DNA of 55,313 bases from Paecilomyces variotii (taxonomy: Eukaryota), in assembly GCA_004022145.1 (NCBI GenBank), contig RCNU01000030.1. One strand, written 5' to 3'. Position numbers and translations under genes: made by a program. This document shows, piece after piece, positions 1 to 13,532 of this stretch (its first letter is position 1; every line of letters starts with the position of its first letter). The notes beneath the pieces are model-generated. The model worked only from the letters and a program-made list of their open reading frames with translations. It did no database searches and was not told the origin of the DNA.

Positions 1-162
1 CTTTATTAATCTTAATATATTATTAAGTATATTATAGTAAAATTAATATCTTTTAAGTCTTAATTATAAAGTTAAGTAAAGAATATTAAAAACTAATACT
101 GCTTTTTATATAAATAGAATTTAATTTTTTTTTAGCTTAAACTGCTAGTAAGAGTCTGCTCT
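1..162 (-). mobile_element. Fot1/Pot-like (Tc1/mariner-pogo) transposon, internal part continuing left out of the window (subfamily A, heavily RIPed)
   Basis: The reverse complement aligns to the 5' transposase region of the 51058-52929 element (…agactcttactagcagtttaagct… vs …agactcctactagcaatttaagct…). It joins 29563-29707 once G1 is removed. Confidence 0.85.
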
Positions 163-327
163 TAATATAGATATAGTATATAATATTACTTTAGCGTCGC
201 CTGCTTACTACTTTAATAGGGTATAAAAGTATAAGATATAAGAGCCTTAGGCTAATAACTTAGCTATATAATTATTTCCTTATATAGCTAATAGAAGGAT
301 AACTTCTTTATCCTCTATACTATATTA
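163..327 (+). repeat. G1 5' LTR
   Basis: Colinear with 29398-29562, same length (165 bp), TA...TA ends (RIPed TG...CA). Confidence 0.9.
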
Positions 328-1712
328 ATTTAATAATATATCTAGGTTATTTAAGGTCTAACTATTATTAGAAGTATTTTAAAAACTATTATAGTAATTT
401 ACTATATATTATTTAATTATTATTATCTTAAGCTAACTCCTAATATTAATAAGTTATTTATAATCTCCTTTTTATTATATATAAAGTTATCTATTATTAT
501 TAGAAGTCTTTATATATCTTCTATATCCTTTTTTATTAAGATTTATCTTAATATTATTAAGTTCTGCCTTTATTAGTCTTAATTTAATATCTTTTATTAA
601 ATTATTTATATTAAGCTATTTCTTTATATATTATATCTTATACTTAGAGATATTAGATATTAACTAGAAATATTTATATTTAAAGCCCTATTTTTTTTAT
701 TAAAATTCTATATTATATTATTAGTTTTATATTTTTATTTCTAATATTATTATAATTTAGCTTTAATCTCCCTTATTAGGTATTTTATCTAGAGAAGCTA
801 AGATTAAGCCTTTATAATAAGCTAGTCTTTAAAAGAGATAAATTAGAGCTAATATCTCCTTATATTATTTAAAAGAATATTAAAGCTTATATATAATCTA
901 ATAGTATTTTAAATAGTAACTTTTTAATTTTAGGATTAGTTTAATTATAAGACTATTAATCTTATTAATTTTATCTTATCTTATTATTTAGGATATAATT
1001 CTTTAAAATATACTTTATTAGCTTATATTAAAGTATTTTAAATTAAGCTATAAGTATTCTCTCCTTAAATAAGATAATTTATATTTCTTATATTATAAGC
1101 AATAAATTAATCTATACTCTATAATATTATTAAAGACTTTCTTAAGTTTATCTTAATATTAATAAAATATCTTACTTTCTAGAAATAGCAGATTAATATA
1201 ATAAATCTAATTAATTTTATAATAAAACTTATAAGCTATTAAATAAATTATATTCTATATATTCTTATAATACCTTTATAGCTCTATTATAAAATAAATA
1301 CTAATAAAAATAACCTAGGTTATAAATTTTAATTATTATATCTCCTTATTTAGCCTTATTTAATTTAATTTTTAGATTTTAAAATTTTATTTTCTAAAGC
1401 TAAGAAGCTCAATATTAAAAGGTCTTATTATTTAACCTATTATATTCTTTCTTAAATTTACTGCTATATTATCTAAATAAAATCTTAATATAGCTAGTAG
1501 TAAATATTAATAATATATATAGTAAATACTATTAACCTAGTTATACCTTTAATACTGCTAGTTATTAACTTTAATATTATATTAATAAAGATATTCTAGC
1601 AGATAATAGAATTTAATCGGTAAATAGTAAAAAATATAAGGGCTATATTAAACTAAAATTACTAAATAATAAAATACCTTATAAATTAAAATAATATAGG
1701 TTAAAATAATAA

Positions 1713-1800
1713 TTAATACTAATATTAATAATAATAATATTAATAATATTAATATTAATAATATTAATATTAATAATAATAAGACTAATAATAGTAACTA
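1713..1800. repeat. Low-complexity (AAT/ATT)n tract in the G1 gag region
   Basis: taatactaatattaataataataatattaataatattaat…; probably a RIP-flattened codon repeat. Confidence 0.55.
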
Positions 1801-2113
1801 GTTTAAAACTAAACTCTTAATTATAATCTCTTAGTAAATCTAAATACTAAATTTACTTTAAGAATATTAATAAGTGCTATAATTAATAGTATACTACTCT
1901 AAAAATAAGTAAAGTTAAGATACTTTTACTCTAATCTAAGCAATAAAAATTATATTAAAATAAGTCTTATCATAATAGTAAGAAGTTATATATATTATAA
2001 GAATATTTATATTTTTATTAATTAAATCTATAATTTAACTATAATAAAAGGAGAACTTATTATATAAAGCTATATTTAAATATTATTATATAGCCTAGCT
2101 CTATAATAATATA

Positions 2114-2244
2114 TAAAGGAAGCGGTAAGAAGCTTGCTTAATTACTAACTAGGAAGCTAGCGAATTCTATATAAGATCTCTTAGTTATATAATCGCTAGT
2201 ATAAAGGGGCGCCTAACAGGGACTACCGAAGGGGGGCTCTAATA
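2114..2244 (-). repeat. C1 3' LTR
   Basis: Matches 7400-7530; the PPT lies immediately inside. Confidence 0.92.
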
Positions 2245-5200
2245 CTTCCCCTTATACTAAGCACTAGAGAAATATTAAAAACTAGCTAGAAGTCTAAATA
2301 TAAATAATAATTAGAAAGCAGATAGTTTAAATAGTTAAATAAGCAGTAATCTAGAGATATTAGATAGTTATAGTTAAGCCGAGCTACTTAAGCTAAGTCT
2401 TAAACTTTAGTATAAGAAGCCCTTTAATAAAGCTGTCAGCCAAATTATTAGCTAAGTTAATATATTTTATATTAATTATACCTTAAGCTAGTATATTATA
2501 GATATAGTAAAAGTATATATTAATATATTTAAAGCGCTTAGTTCTAAAGGGCGATTTAATTAAATTTTAAGCCCTATTATTATTAATATTTAGGGTAATA
2601 AGACCCTTATTCTATATAACACTTATATTAATTATTAGGCAATATATTTACTAAGCCTCCTTAGCAGCTTTAGAAGCCGCTATATATTTAGCTTTATTAG
2701 AGCTAATTGCAATATATATTTATTTATAGGTTTTTTATAAGATAGGTCTGCTGATAAATATAAAAATAAATCTAGAGGTAAAAAAGTATATATTAATATT
2801 GCCGGTATAATTAGAGTTATAATAGGTCTATAGAAGGCTAATATCTCTATTACCATTATAATAGATTATACTATAATTAGTTATTTATTATAAATAGTAT
2901 ATAATACGCTTTAAAGTAATATAGGATTTTAGTATTAAGCAAGTATTTCGCTTAGCTAGTAGACTTATTATCTTTATTAAATCTAGGCGAGTCTTTATTA
3001 TTAGCTATTAGCAGTATCTTATACCCTGCTAATATTCCTTAATATTAATTTCTAGAGTAGGCTTATTATTAATTTAAAGCTTTAAATCTAAAGAAATATT
3101 AATATAGCTAAAATCTTTCTATCTAAAAGATTAAATAAATTTATATGTATAGCTAGACTAAGTAAGTTAAACTACCCTAGTACTGTGCGAGACCTCTATC
3201 CCTAAATAATATTTAACTAAACCTAGGCTCTTTATCTTAAATTGCTTAAAGATACCTTTTAAAACTTTTTAAGCTATTTCCTTAATAAGAGCGATAATAT
3301 TAAAGTTATTAATATAAATTATAATAAATATATGCTTTACTGTAAATAAAATCTAGAGGTATAGATTATATAAAGAGATATAAAAGCTAGTATTAAGCAA
3401 ATACTCTATAAGAGTATTATATTATATCTTTACTAAGGAAGTTAAGCTATAAAAAGCTTAGTCTAATTTATAAACTAAAACTCTCTTTTTACTCTCCTAG
3501 AAGCCTATAGGCTAGAATATATAAATATTATAATATAGCTTTCTATTTAGAAATACTTAGATAATATCTACTTATAATACTATTTATCTATAATAAGTTA
3601 TATAGGTAAATAGGATATTAATAATAATAATAGAGATTATTAGTATATAGGTAACTATATTAAATATAGTATTATTTAAGATATTTCTATAGATTATCTA
3701 ATAAGCTTTATAAATAATTAATCTATCTAGAGCTTTTTTCTTCTTATATATTTATCTCTTAGATATAGGATAGGTGCTAAAGAGGAATTTATTTCTCTAA
3801 ATTAAATACTAGTACTTTTGCTATATTAATAAGTTAATTTCTTTTTTTATAGCTGCCTATTATTAGATAGCTTTAAGGCTAGCTATAATAGCTTTAAATA
3901 AATATAGAGTATTTTATTTCTCTTTAAAAAAGATAATATAAACCTTTATTAAATTAATAGGCCTACGCTAAACTATAATAAGATTCTTATTATCTAGTTT
4001 TTTCTCCCCTTTATATAATGCCTAACTTCTATATTTAATAAGTACCTATAATATTAATAAAACGGCCGGCTTAATTATATATAGTTTAGAGCTCTTTAAT
4101 TTAGCTGCTATAATATTATCTATATTAAAATATAATATTCTTATTACTTATTTACTAGCAAGATCTTATATAAGTGTATTATTATTATCTGCTATGCTAA
4201 TAAATTTAGCTAGCTTTATCTTTAAGATAAGCTTATATACTAAGGCTTTAAGTCTAGTTAGTAAATAATATCTTAAAGCCCTATATCTATATAAATTAGA
4301 TATAGCTATAGGGCGGTTTAGCTAGGCCTAGATTAAGATTTACTATTTAATAGGTTTAATACTATAATCCTATAATATTATTCTTAATATATAGTTATTA
4401 AATAGCAGTATAGAAGTTAATACTTTATTAATAATATATATAGTATATTTAACTATATATACCTATATAGAATATAATATCCTAGAGTTAATAATTATAG
4501 CTTTAGCTTATTTTATAATAGTCTTAATAGCGCGTTTACTAATATTATTCTATTAAAAAGTATAGGCTATAATAAATTTAAGTATAATATTATAGTATAG
4601 TAGCTAGTAATAATATTTATATAGAGCTTATTATCTAACCTAAGATAGGTAATAATAAAGCCTAGAGAGTAAATATATTTTATAATAAAATAAACCCAGT
4701 TTAATAAGTAGGCTCTATTTAGCATAGGATATATCTAGCAATATTAGGTAGCATTATTAATAATAAATAGTATATATCTTATTTTAATATTGCCTAGAAG
4801 CGCCTTATTTAACTTATAGTCTAGGGTGCGTCCGCTACTAATTATATCTATATAAAATTATTTACTAAGTGCTATAGCCTATAATATAGGTCTTTATAAT
4901 ATAAGCTTTATAATTTTAGCTTATTTATAAATATTATAGAATAAAAGATCTTTAAATTCTTTAATCTTAATACTAGAGAGTAAGTTATATATTAAATATA
5001 CAATATCTGCGGGGTTTAGATAAGCAAAGATATAATACTATTTAATTAAAGATTATAAAACTTAATATAGAGCTAGTAGCTTTAATAATTTAGGATTAGC
5101 TTCTTAAATAGCTTAATTCTTTCCTTTACTACTTCTAGTAGTAATAGGAGTAGCCTAATAAACTTCTTTTTATATAGGGGGATAAGCAGGCAGTATAAGA

Positions 5201-7399
5201 TATTAGTATTTCTTATTAATTTATTATCTATAAAATTAACTTCCTTCTAATATCTCTATATTAAAATAATTATTATCTAGCTCTATTTAGATCTAATAGC
5301 TCTATAGCTCTATTCCTTAAATAGAGTAAAAAATAGGATATTATTATTTACTCTAGGGGTATAGTTAATATCTTTAATAAATAATAAGATATTATTAAAC
5401 TAAATTAATATACTGCTAGTTCCTTTAGATAAGATTCTCTCCTTATATATACCTTTAAAAAATATAGTAGGAGACTTTATTTCTATAAAGCTAAGAAATA
5501 TATCCTTCTAGATAGTTATATAAGCTTTAAAGCTAATATTTAATATCTAATTCCCCGCTGCTAGCCTATCTGCAGGCGCAGCCCTAGGCTAAATAGATAT
5601 ATTATTAATCTTAAGAATAGTCTAGGAGGATATAATAATAATAGAGTTAGGGTTTATATTAGAGCTTTTATTATATTATCCTTACTAATATTTAAAAGGG
5701 GGTTATAGTTTAAAATAAGCTAACTAATATTCTTTAGCTATATAGTAGCCCCTACTATAGAAACTGCAGAGTTTAGAGGTTTAAGCAGTTATTTGCTTTA
5801 ATTCTATAGGTGCGCTAATAGTATTTAAATTATTCGCAGTATTAAATCTGTTTATAGTATTAGATTTATATTAAGTTAATTTTATATTAGAGGCAGTAAT
5901 AGAAGTAGTAGTAATCTGCCTCTATAGCGATTTAGTATTACTTAGAGCTTTCCTATATTAGGTTAGGTCTAGTAATACCTTCTATATATCTAGATTTATA
6001 ATATCTGGCTAGTTAATTATACTAGTGCTATAAAATTCCTTAAAGCAATTAGTCGCCTATTTAGGAGTCTATCTTATAATATATATAATTTATTAGTTAT
6101 AGATAATATCTTCTAAATTAGCTCTAAGCTTATTAAGCTTATTTAAGATTTATTTGCTTTTAGTAAAAGCAGTATTTATAAGTATTAATATAAATAAATT
6201 AATCAGCTTAAATAGTTATTAAAATAGCTTTACTTGCTAAACTAACTTAGCTATGCTAAATCTCTTATTTAGCTTAAGCTAGATCTCAGCAATTGTATTA
6301 TATTTCTTAAATTATATAGTGTTTAAGATTCTTATATTAAGCAGCGCTATAAACTAGTTCTATATAATAGCTTAAGCTGTTTTTTATTATTAGATAAATA
6401 GGCGCAGAGGAGTTTATTATTATAGGATATTTAAGTCTTTAATATCTATATTATTAGCGGCTAGTTTAAACTATTAGCTCTATTTATTAAAATCTGCACT
6501 ATCCTCTTATAAGATAAGAATCTTCTATTATTTAAAGGTATTATTAATTTGCTTTTATAGTATCTCAGTTTTAATTTTAAAGCTTATTTAGCTTATTTAT
6601 TAGATAGAGTATTAGCGGGCTGCAGGAGCTAGCATCTGTTAAGATTTATATTTCTTATCTATAATCCTTGCTATAAAATTAGTTTATATATCTTTATTAT
6701 TATAGTATAAATACTATTTCTATTCTAATTTATTAATATAAGGGCAGATCTCTTATAGTTCTTATAGCTTAGGTTTGCGCTAGATAATTATAGGTATAGA
6801 GTTTAAAGGATATAGAAGGTTTATAATTAGAGGTAACTTTATAAAAGTAAGGATAGCCTCTTAATATTTAGTTATTATAATTATTTAGCTCTAGAGCCTG
6901 ATTTCTTTAAGTAATTAAGCTTTTAGTATATATTTTTCTAATTCTATAGAGTTATAGATTTTAGCAGCTATAGCCTTAATTTTTTATAAAGTCTCTAGAA
7001 TTAGCGGGAATTCTCCTAGGGTAGAGAGGCCCTGCTCCCTTTATTTACCTTTCTTAAGGGGTATTAATATTAATATTAGTCTCTAAATAATATCTAGTAA
7101 CCTTTATAAAATAGTCTGGCATTTAGAGACTAGATTAAGTAATTATATTGTTATTTATAGTAGTATAATTATTTAGACCTCCTCTTAAAAATAGGGGTTT
7201 AAGCCTCTCTAATCGGATTTAGGTAAAAATTTTTAATATTTATACGACCGATAAAACTACTAATTTGCGATAGAATTAGACACTGAAAAATCAATATATA
7301 GGTAATTAAATTCTGTAAAATTAATTGGTTAATTTAAAATAATTATATAATAGGTAATTATAGCTGTAGCTAGGGGATTTAAATAAGGGCGATATAACC

Positions 7400-7530
7400 T
7401 AAAGGAAGCGGTAAGAAGCTTACTTAATTACTAACTAGGAAGCCGGCGAATCCTATATAGGATCTCCCGGTTATATAATCGCCAGTGTAAAGAGGTGCCC
7501 AGCAGGGACTACCGGAGGGGGGCTCTAACA
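7400..7530 (-). repeat. C1 5' LTR
   Basis: Matches 2114-2244; ends …ctctaaca on the + strand. Confidence 0.92.
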
Positions 7531-7916
7531 ATATATAGCTAAGCTACCTAATTATAATTATAAAATACTATATATATATCTTATTAAAAAGGTTAAATTC
7601 TATAGCTTATAAAATATTTTAAGATTAATACCGCAGCTGCTATAAAATAACTTAAGTCTTTATATTATATTATATAGAATATTATAGCTAGCTAGATTTA
7701 TAAAGGTTTATCTAATAAATATTATATTTATTACATATTATAAAAATAAAAGAAATATATAGTTAACTATTAGCCGTATAAAATAAGTTTTCCCTATTAT
7801 TTAAATATAATATATATGTACTACAGGAAAATACTATAGTATTTAAATTTATTAAAATAATTAAAAAAGCCTATATAGTATAGTAAGAGTAAGCAGATAA
7901 GAATTAATATTATTAT

Positions 7917-8116
7917 TGTAATATTCTGATATTATATAAGGGAGTATTAGGTAAAACTCAGTATAGCTAAGCTTCTCCTTAAACTCTCTCTAAAAGAATC
8001 CTCTAATCTATAAAACTATCTTAGTTAAGCAAGATTATATATAGAAGAAATCTTATATAAATAGATATATTCTTATAGTTTAGAGAAATATATAATCTTT
8101 TATAAATAAAATTATA
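7917..8116 (+). repeat. G2 5' LTR
   Basis: Colinear with 18511-18707; followed by PBS-like tctagta (tctggta). Confidence 0.88.
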
Positions 8117-11100
8117 TCTAGTAATATATTATTATTTATATTATTTAATTAAAAGCTAAAAGAACTATTATTATAAAATAAATAATCTAAAGATTAAATA
8201 CTACTAATTAGAAAATATTTAAGGCCCTTTTAAAATAATTAGTTTAAAGGTAATATAAATTTAAGTAAGGCTTTAAAATATAAAAGGCAATTTATAATAT
8301 AGATATATAAAGAGTTATAAAAGCTATTTAATAGGCTAAAACTATTATTTAAGAGGCATTTAAATAAGCTTATTAAGCTTAAAAGGCAAAGAAATAAGAA
8401 ATTTAAAAGATTAAATCTTATTTTAAAGGCTTTTACGCAATATAAAACTATAAAAATATCTTAATTATAGATTTAAATAGCTTAAAGGTTTAAATATCTA
8501 TAAGAAGAAGCTAAGCCTATTATAAAGTCTTTAAACTATTATATCTTATTATATATAATAGGTAAATTAAAGATAATATAGTATTTAAATAGATTCTTAA
8601 AATAAAGAGATACTTTTAGAATAAAAAGAACCTTATTAAATAAAAAATAACTGAGTATTAAAAAATAATCTTATATTAAAGCTATCTTAATAATAATATA
8701 GAGATTAAATAAAATAACTAATATATATATATAAATAATAAAAAGGCTAAAGAGATTATAACTCTTATAGATTTCTAGAAATAGTTATTAAAAAATTTTA
8801 AAGATTATAATAAATATAGTAAATATTAGGAATAATTTAAGAACTATAAGTAAGGTAACTAATTATTTTAAAAATATACCTTAAGACTATAAGATACTGT
8901 TTTAATACTAGACTTAAAAGATATTACTAATAAGATAGTCTTATAAAAATTAATTATAGGCGCTAAAATAAAGCTTTAAATAAAGTAATATAAATATAAG
9001 ATAAAATTAAAGACTCTTAATAAAGCTATTTTATATTTTATATAATAAGAATAAGATCTATAAGCCTTTATATTATTAATAACTATTATTTATAAATAAG
9101 ATAAGAATAGTATACTAGAGGTTAATAACCTAATAAACTTAAATACTATTATTATAAATTTAAATTATTTAAAGAAATTATTGCTGGGTTAAATAATATA
9201 ATATATTATTAAGCCTATTATAGCTATAGAGAAATAATATATTAATAAAAGGATTACCCCTATATTATAAAGAATTATTTAGTAAAGATAAGCTTTAGGA
9301 ATATAGGAAAAAAAAGGATTAATAAGCTTAAAGGCCTTTACTAACTATTTATATTATACTTCCTAAATAAAACTAAGTCTAATAGTTCTAGATAATCTTA
9401 ATTCTACTAAGATTAGAGAAAGAAAGGGGAAGTAAATAATATTAGAGGGAAAAATTAGTAAATTTAAATAAATTACCTATTTATATATAATAGGTAAGTT
9501 ACTTATACTATTTAATAAATAAATTGGCCTATTAAGTTAAGACTAGAAGATTTATATATTAGTTAATTTAGGGGTAAGCTATATGTTTATATTATAATAG
9601 CTGCTTATAGGGAAATAATAGATTAATTAAAGAGGGTAAGTAAATCTCTTTAATATTAAATTATTAAATAGAGAATTAATAATAATAGAGTTAAATAGTT
9701 AATTACTCTTAAAGATTAAAGAATAAACTGACTTAGTCTATATCTAGGAGATTAATATATATAATTATAATCTAATCCTAGGGCGAGATTAATTATAGAG
9801 AGTTAATCTTAATATTAACTAGAGAATATCGCAGATATATATATAATAGGTAAGAGTAATTTTATATCTTAGAGCCTATTAATATAAGATATACTTTAAA
9901 TAAGATATCTCTCTTATTCTTAAATATAATATTAATAATATAAATATTATAAATGCTATAGAAGAAATTAATAGAGGCGGTATTATAATTAATTTAATTA
10001 ATTAAGATAAGAAAGAATATTAAACCTATTAAGATAAATAATTTAAGATTAAAGGTCTTACTATAATAGTTTTATAAGATCTTTTAAATAAAACTATTAC
10101 CGGCTCTATTATTTAATAGGGAATTTAAGTATAATATTAAGATAGGAGATATTTAGCCTATTAATATTAATTCTTACCCCCTATTATATATTTTATATAG
10201 AAGAATTAAAGCAATAAATTAAAGAGTTATTAGCTAAGGGATTAATATAATCTTTAGTAAACCTATAGAGTTTTTTAGTGTTCTTTATAAAGAAATCTAA
10301 AAGAAAATAGCAGATATATATTAATTATTAAGCCCCTAATAAAGTATCTGTAAAGAATAAGTACTTATTATTAAAAATCTAAAAACTATTAGATATAATT
10401 AGCTTAGCCTAGTATTTATCTAAGATTAACTTATTATTAGGATATTAGTAGGTCTAGATAAAAATATTATTAATTTCTAAGACTATATTTAATATTATCT
10501 TTAAAAAGTTTAAATAGCTAATAATATTATTTAAACTTATAAATATTTCTATAACTTTTTAAATAATAATAAATATAGTATTATAGAAGTTTATTAGCTA
10601 GTTTTATATAATATATTTAGATAATATTCTAATTTTCTTATAAACGCGGGAAGAATACTATACATATATTAAGGCTATCTTATAAGCATTAAAGGATAAT
10701 TAGCTATATATAAAATCTAGCAAATATATATTTCTAGCAGTAGAACTAGAATTTTATAAATATATAATTAGTAATAGTTATATATAATTAATGCCTAATA
10801 AGATTAAGGCTATTATAATATAGCCTTAACTTAAGAATATATATAGGGTTTAATAGTTTCTAGAGCTAGTAATATATTATTAATAGTTTATCTGAGACTT
10901 TTTTTATATAGCCGCCTTATTATTAGACTTATTTAAAGAGGCAGATAAAATACTATATAAGAAGAAGTTCTATCTTATTATATAAAATACAGTATATAAA
11001 GCTGCCTTCCTTTAAATTTAGACAGCCTTATTATCTAAGCCTATATTTATATAGCTAGTTTATAAGAAACTGTTTATTATTAAGATAGATATCTTAAAAT

Positions 11101-11273
11101 AGGTAATTAAATATATATTAATATAGAAAGATAAAGTAAATATAATATATTTTATTATATTTAACAGGCAAAAGTTAAATAATATAAAGCTTAATTACTT
11201 TATATATAAGAAGAAGCTGCTAGCAATTAAGCATATATTTTAGCTTTAAGACTAATATATCGATAATAGTATA

Positions 11274-13145
11274 ACGTAATTCCCTGCCGGTCGGATTACC
11301 CGGCCGGGCGAATTACTTTAAGCTCCCTAAATAAATAATTATATAATTTTATACCTAAATAGTAGCGAAATTTTATAATATCTAATTGCCATATTAATTA
11401 GGGCATCTAACCTTTGTATAACCCCTAGTATTATAATTTAAACATATTGGCAGAGCTCGCTGGCGCTGCTGTATAATCGCAGTATCCGATCTCTTTATAA
11501 TATTAATAGCAGCTTTAATTGCTTCAGTATTGCTTATTATTAGAGCTTAACCTTTTTTTAATAGATAAACTCTATAGAGGACCCATTTAATACTTAGATT
11601 ATTTCTTTTTTTATTATAATTTATTATTAGCTGAGTGTAGATTCTAGATCTCTTTTACTATAAAGATTCTCTCGCTTATTAGGTATTTATATTATTAAAT
11701 AAAACGATTAAGAACTAGCTAGCTAGAAGATAGAGGACTTTTAATTTATCTTTTAAGTAAGCTTTAAATTATTATCTAATATTTCTTTAAATCTTTCCTA
11801 TTCTGCAGTGTTTTAGATAGGGAGATATTAAAAAAAGTTAACTAAATTCCTAATAGAATAGGAGTCTCTAGTTAAATAGTAAATTATCTAAGCACTTCCT
11901 TTAGGTTAAAAGGGATTATACTAATAGCTCTAAATCCGCTTTTAATTATATCCGAAGTAAATAATTTTATATGAGCTCTAGGGTAAATATTTAAGAAGTT
12001 AAGCTTATTAATATAATTAAATCCTCGTTACTGCTTATCCTGAACTAGGCAATTATATACCCTTTTTAAAGGTCTAAAGCAGCTAATATCTAGAGGTTAA
12101 TAATAAGCTGATAAATGCGCTAGTATATAGATTGAAATAATATTATTTTTACTATATATCTTATCAAATTCTAGGGTTAAATAACTGCTATACCTATCTA
12201 GAACTAGAAGGATATATTATCGAGTTCTTTAATAAACTGTCTAAAGTATAAAAACCTTTTAAAGCCAGTATAGTCTAATCTGATCTATAGTTTAGCTATT
12301 ATTATTAATTTTAATTCTCTAGTCCTTTAGTATATTAAGATCCTCATACTAAGCTTATATATAGGTCTTTGCTTTAAAGATAATATATAGAGATAGTGCC
12401 TATCCCGTAGCATTAATACATTCAATTAAAATAATTTATTCGCGATTCTCTAACTAAACGACTTAACACTTTCTATAATATTTAGCTTATATTATTACTT
12501 TAGCAGTAGCAGTAAGGCCTATAGTATATTTAGTTTTATTAAAATTATAAATATCTTTATCCGCGATTCTATATTATATTCTACTAATTTAAATATAGTT
12601 AAACCAGGGTTTAATTATCTTCGGGTCTTCGCATTTAGCTTACTTATAATTATATCACCTAAAATAGACAGTCTTTAGCTCAGCATAATATTTAATAAAA
12701 ATAGATGCCCAGTTCTTGCCTAGCTAAACCTCACTATCTTAATTTATAAGAAGACTCGCTATTTCTTAAACCTAAATAGATTAAGGATTTACTCTACGCC
12801 AATCTATAGATAATATCTATTATATAAATAATTTCTCCTACGAATCTAATAATTTAAATATATTATTTTATATATTATCACAAAAATAACGCCCGTAAAG
12901 TCGCGCTTAAAAAGTTATATAAGGAACTTTAAAAGTTAACGCTGCTTTTTATATAAATAAAATTTAATTTTCCTTTAAAGCCTAAATTGCTAATAGGATT
13001 CTCTCCTCTTACTTAGTAAAATCTCTAGATAATTTAGGCTGTTTTAGTAGCATAATAGGTGTTTAAATAGAATTGATTTAATAATCGCGAAAGAAGCCTA
13101 AAGTAATCCGCCCGGCCGGGTAATCCGACCGGTAGAGAATTATGT
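11274..13145 (-). mobile_element. Fot1/Pot-like Tc1/mariner-pogo transposon, subfamily B (1872 bp)
   Basis: ~43-bp TIRs acgtaattccctgccggtcggattacccggccgggcg… and …gaattatgt; TA TSDs at 11272-11273 and 13146-13147; interrupts G2 pol. Confidence 0.93.
11375..13053 (-). pseudogene. RIP-inactivated pogo/Fot1 DDE transposase
   Basis: ATG at 13053 (MLLKQPKL…, de-RIPed MPPKQPK). Colinear with the 51152-52831 transposase, including the C-terminal CxxC-GH-C knuckle. Many premature stops; the end coordinate is approximate. Confidence 0.8.
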
Positions 13146-13532
13146 TAATAATAATAATCCTTATAGACCTTATAGACTATAAGAGCTTATAATATCTCTA
13201 ATTAATTAAGATATATTTAAAATGCCTAGTAAGATAGGTATTAGAGTTTTAAAAATATAATCTAAATATCTAGTATTAAAAGGGGTCTAAAGTTATTATA
13301 TTAAATATTATTAGCTGCTAGCCTAATTTTATAGAAAGTTAACTAATAAATATTATAGAATTAATAGCCTAATTAGCTATAATATATAGGGCGCTTAAGA
13401 ATAAATAAGTTACCGTTATAATTAAATTTTATAAGGAGAGAATAGTTTTTAAGAAGAATTAGCTTGCAAAATTAATTAAGGAAGAGGCTTAAAGATTTAG
13501 AGTATTAACCTTAAAGTTAGATAATATCCTTA

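Larger units (their letters stand above)
2114..7530 (-). mobile_element. Ty1/copia LTR retrotransposon C1 (5417 bp, RIP-inactivated)
   Basis: 131-bp LTRs at 2114-2244 and 7400-7530; TSD atata/atata; ggttat- after the 5' LTR; PPT aggggaag. Minus-strand motifs: CCHC knuckle ~5750, protease WILDTG ~5540, RT IYVDD ~3310, RNase H NLADGFTK ~2430. Confidence 0.93.

Noticed and set aside
1713-1800. AAT-rich tandem tract as a telomeric or satellite repeat
   Set aside because: Short, irregular and inside G1 gag; no TTAGGG arrays are seen in the window.
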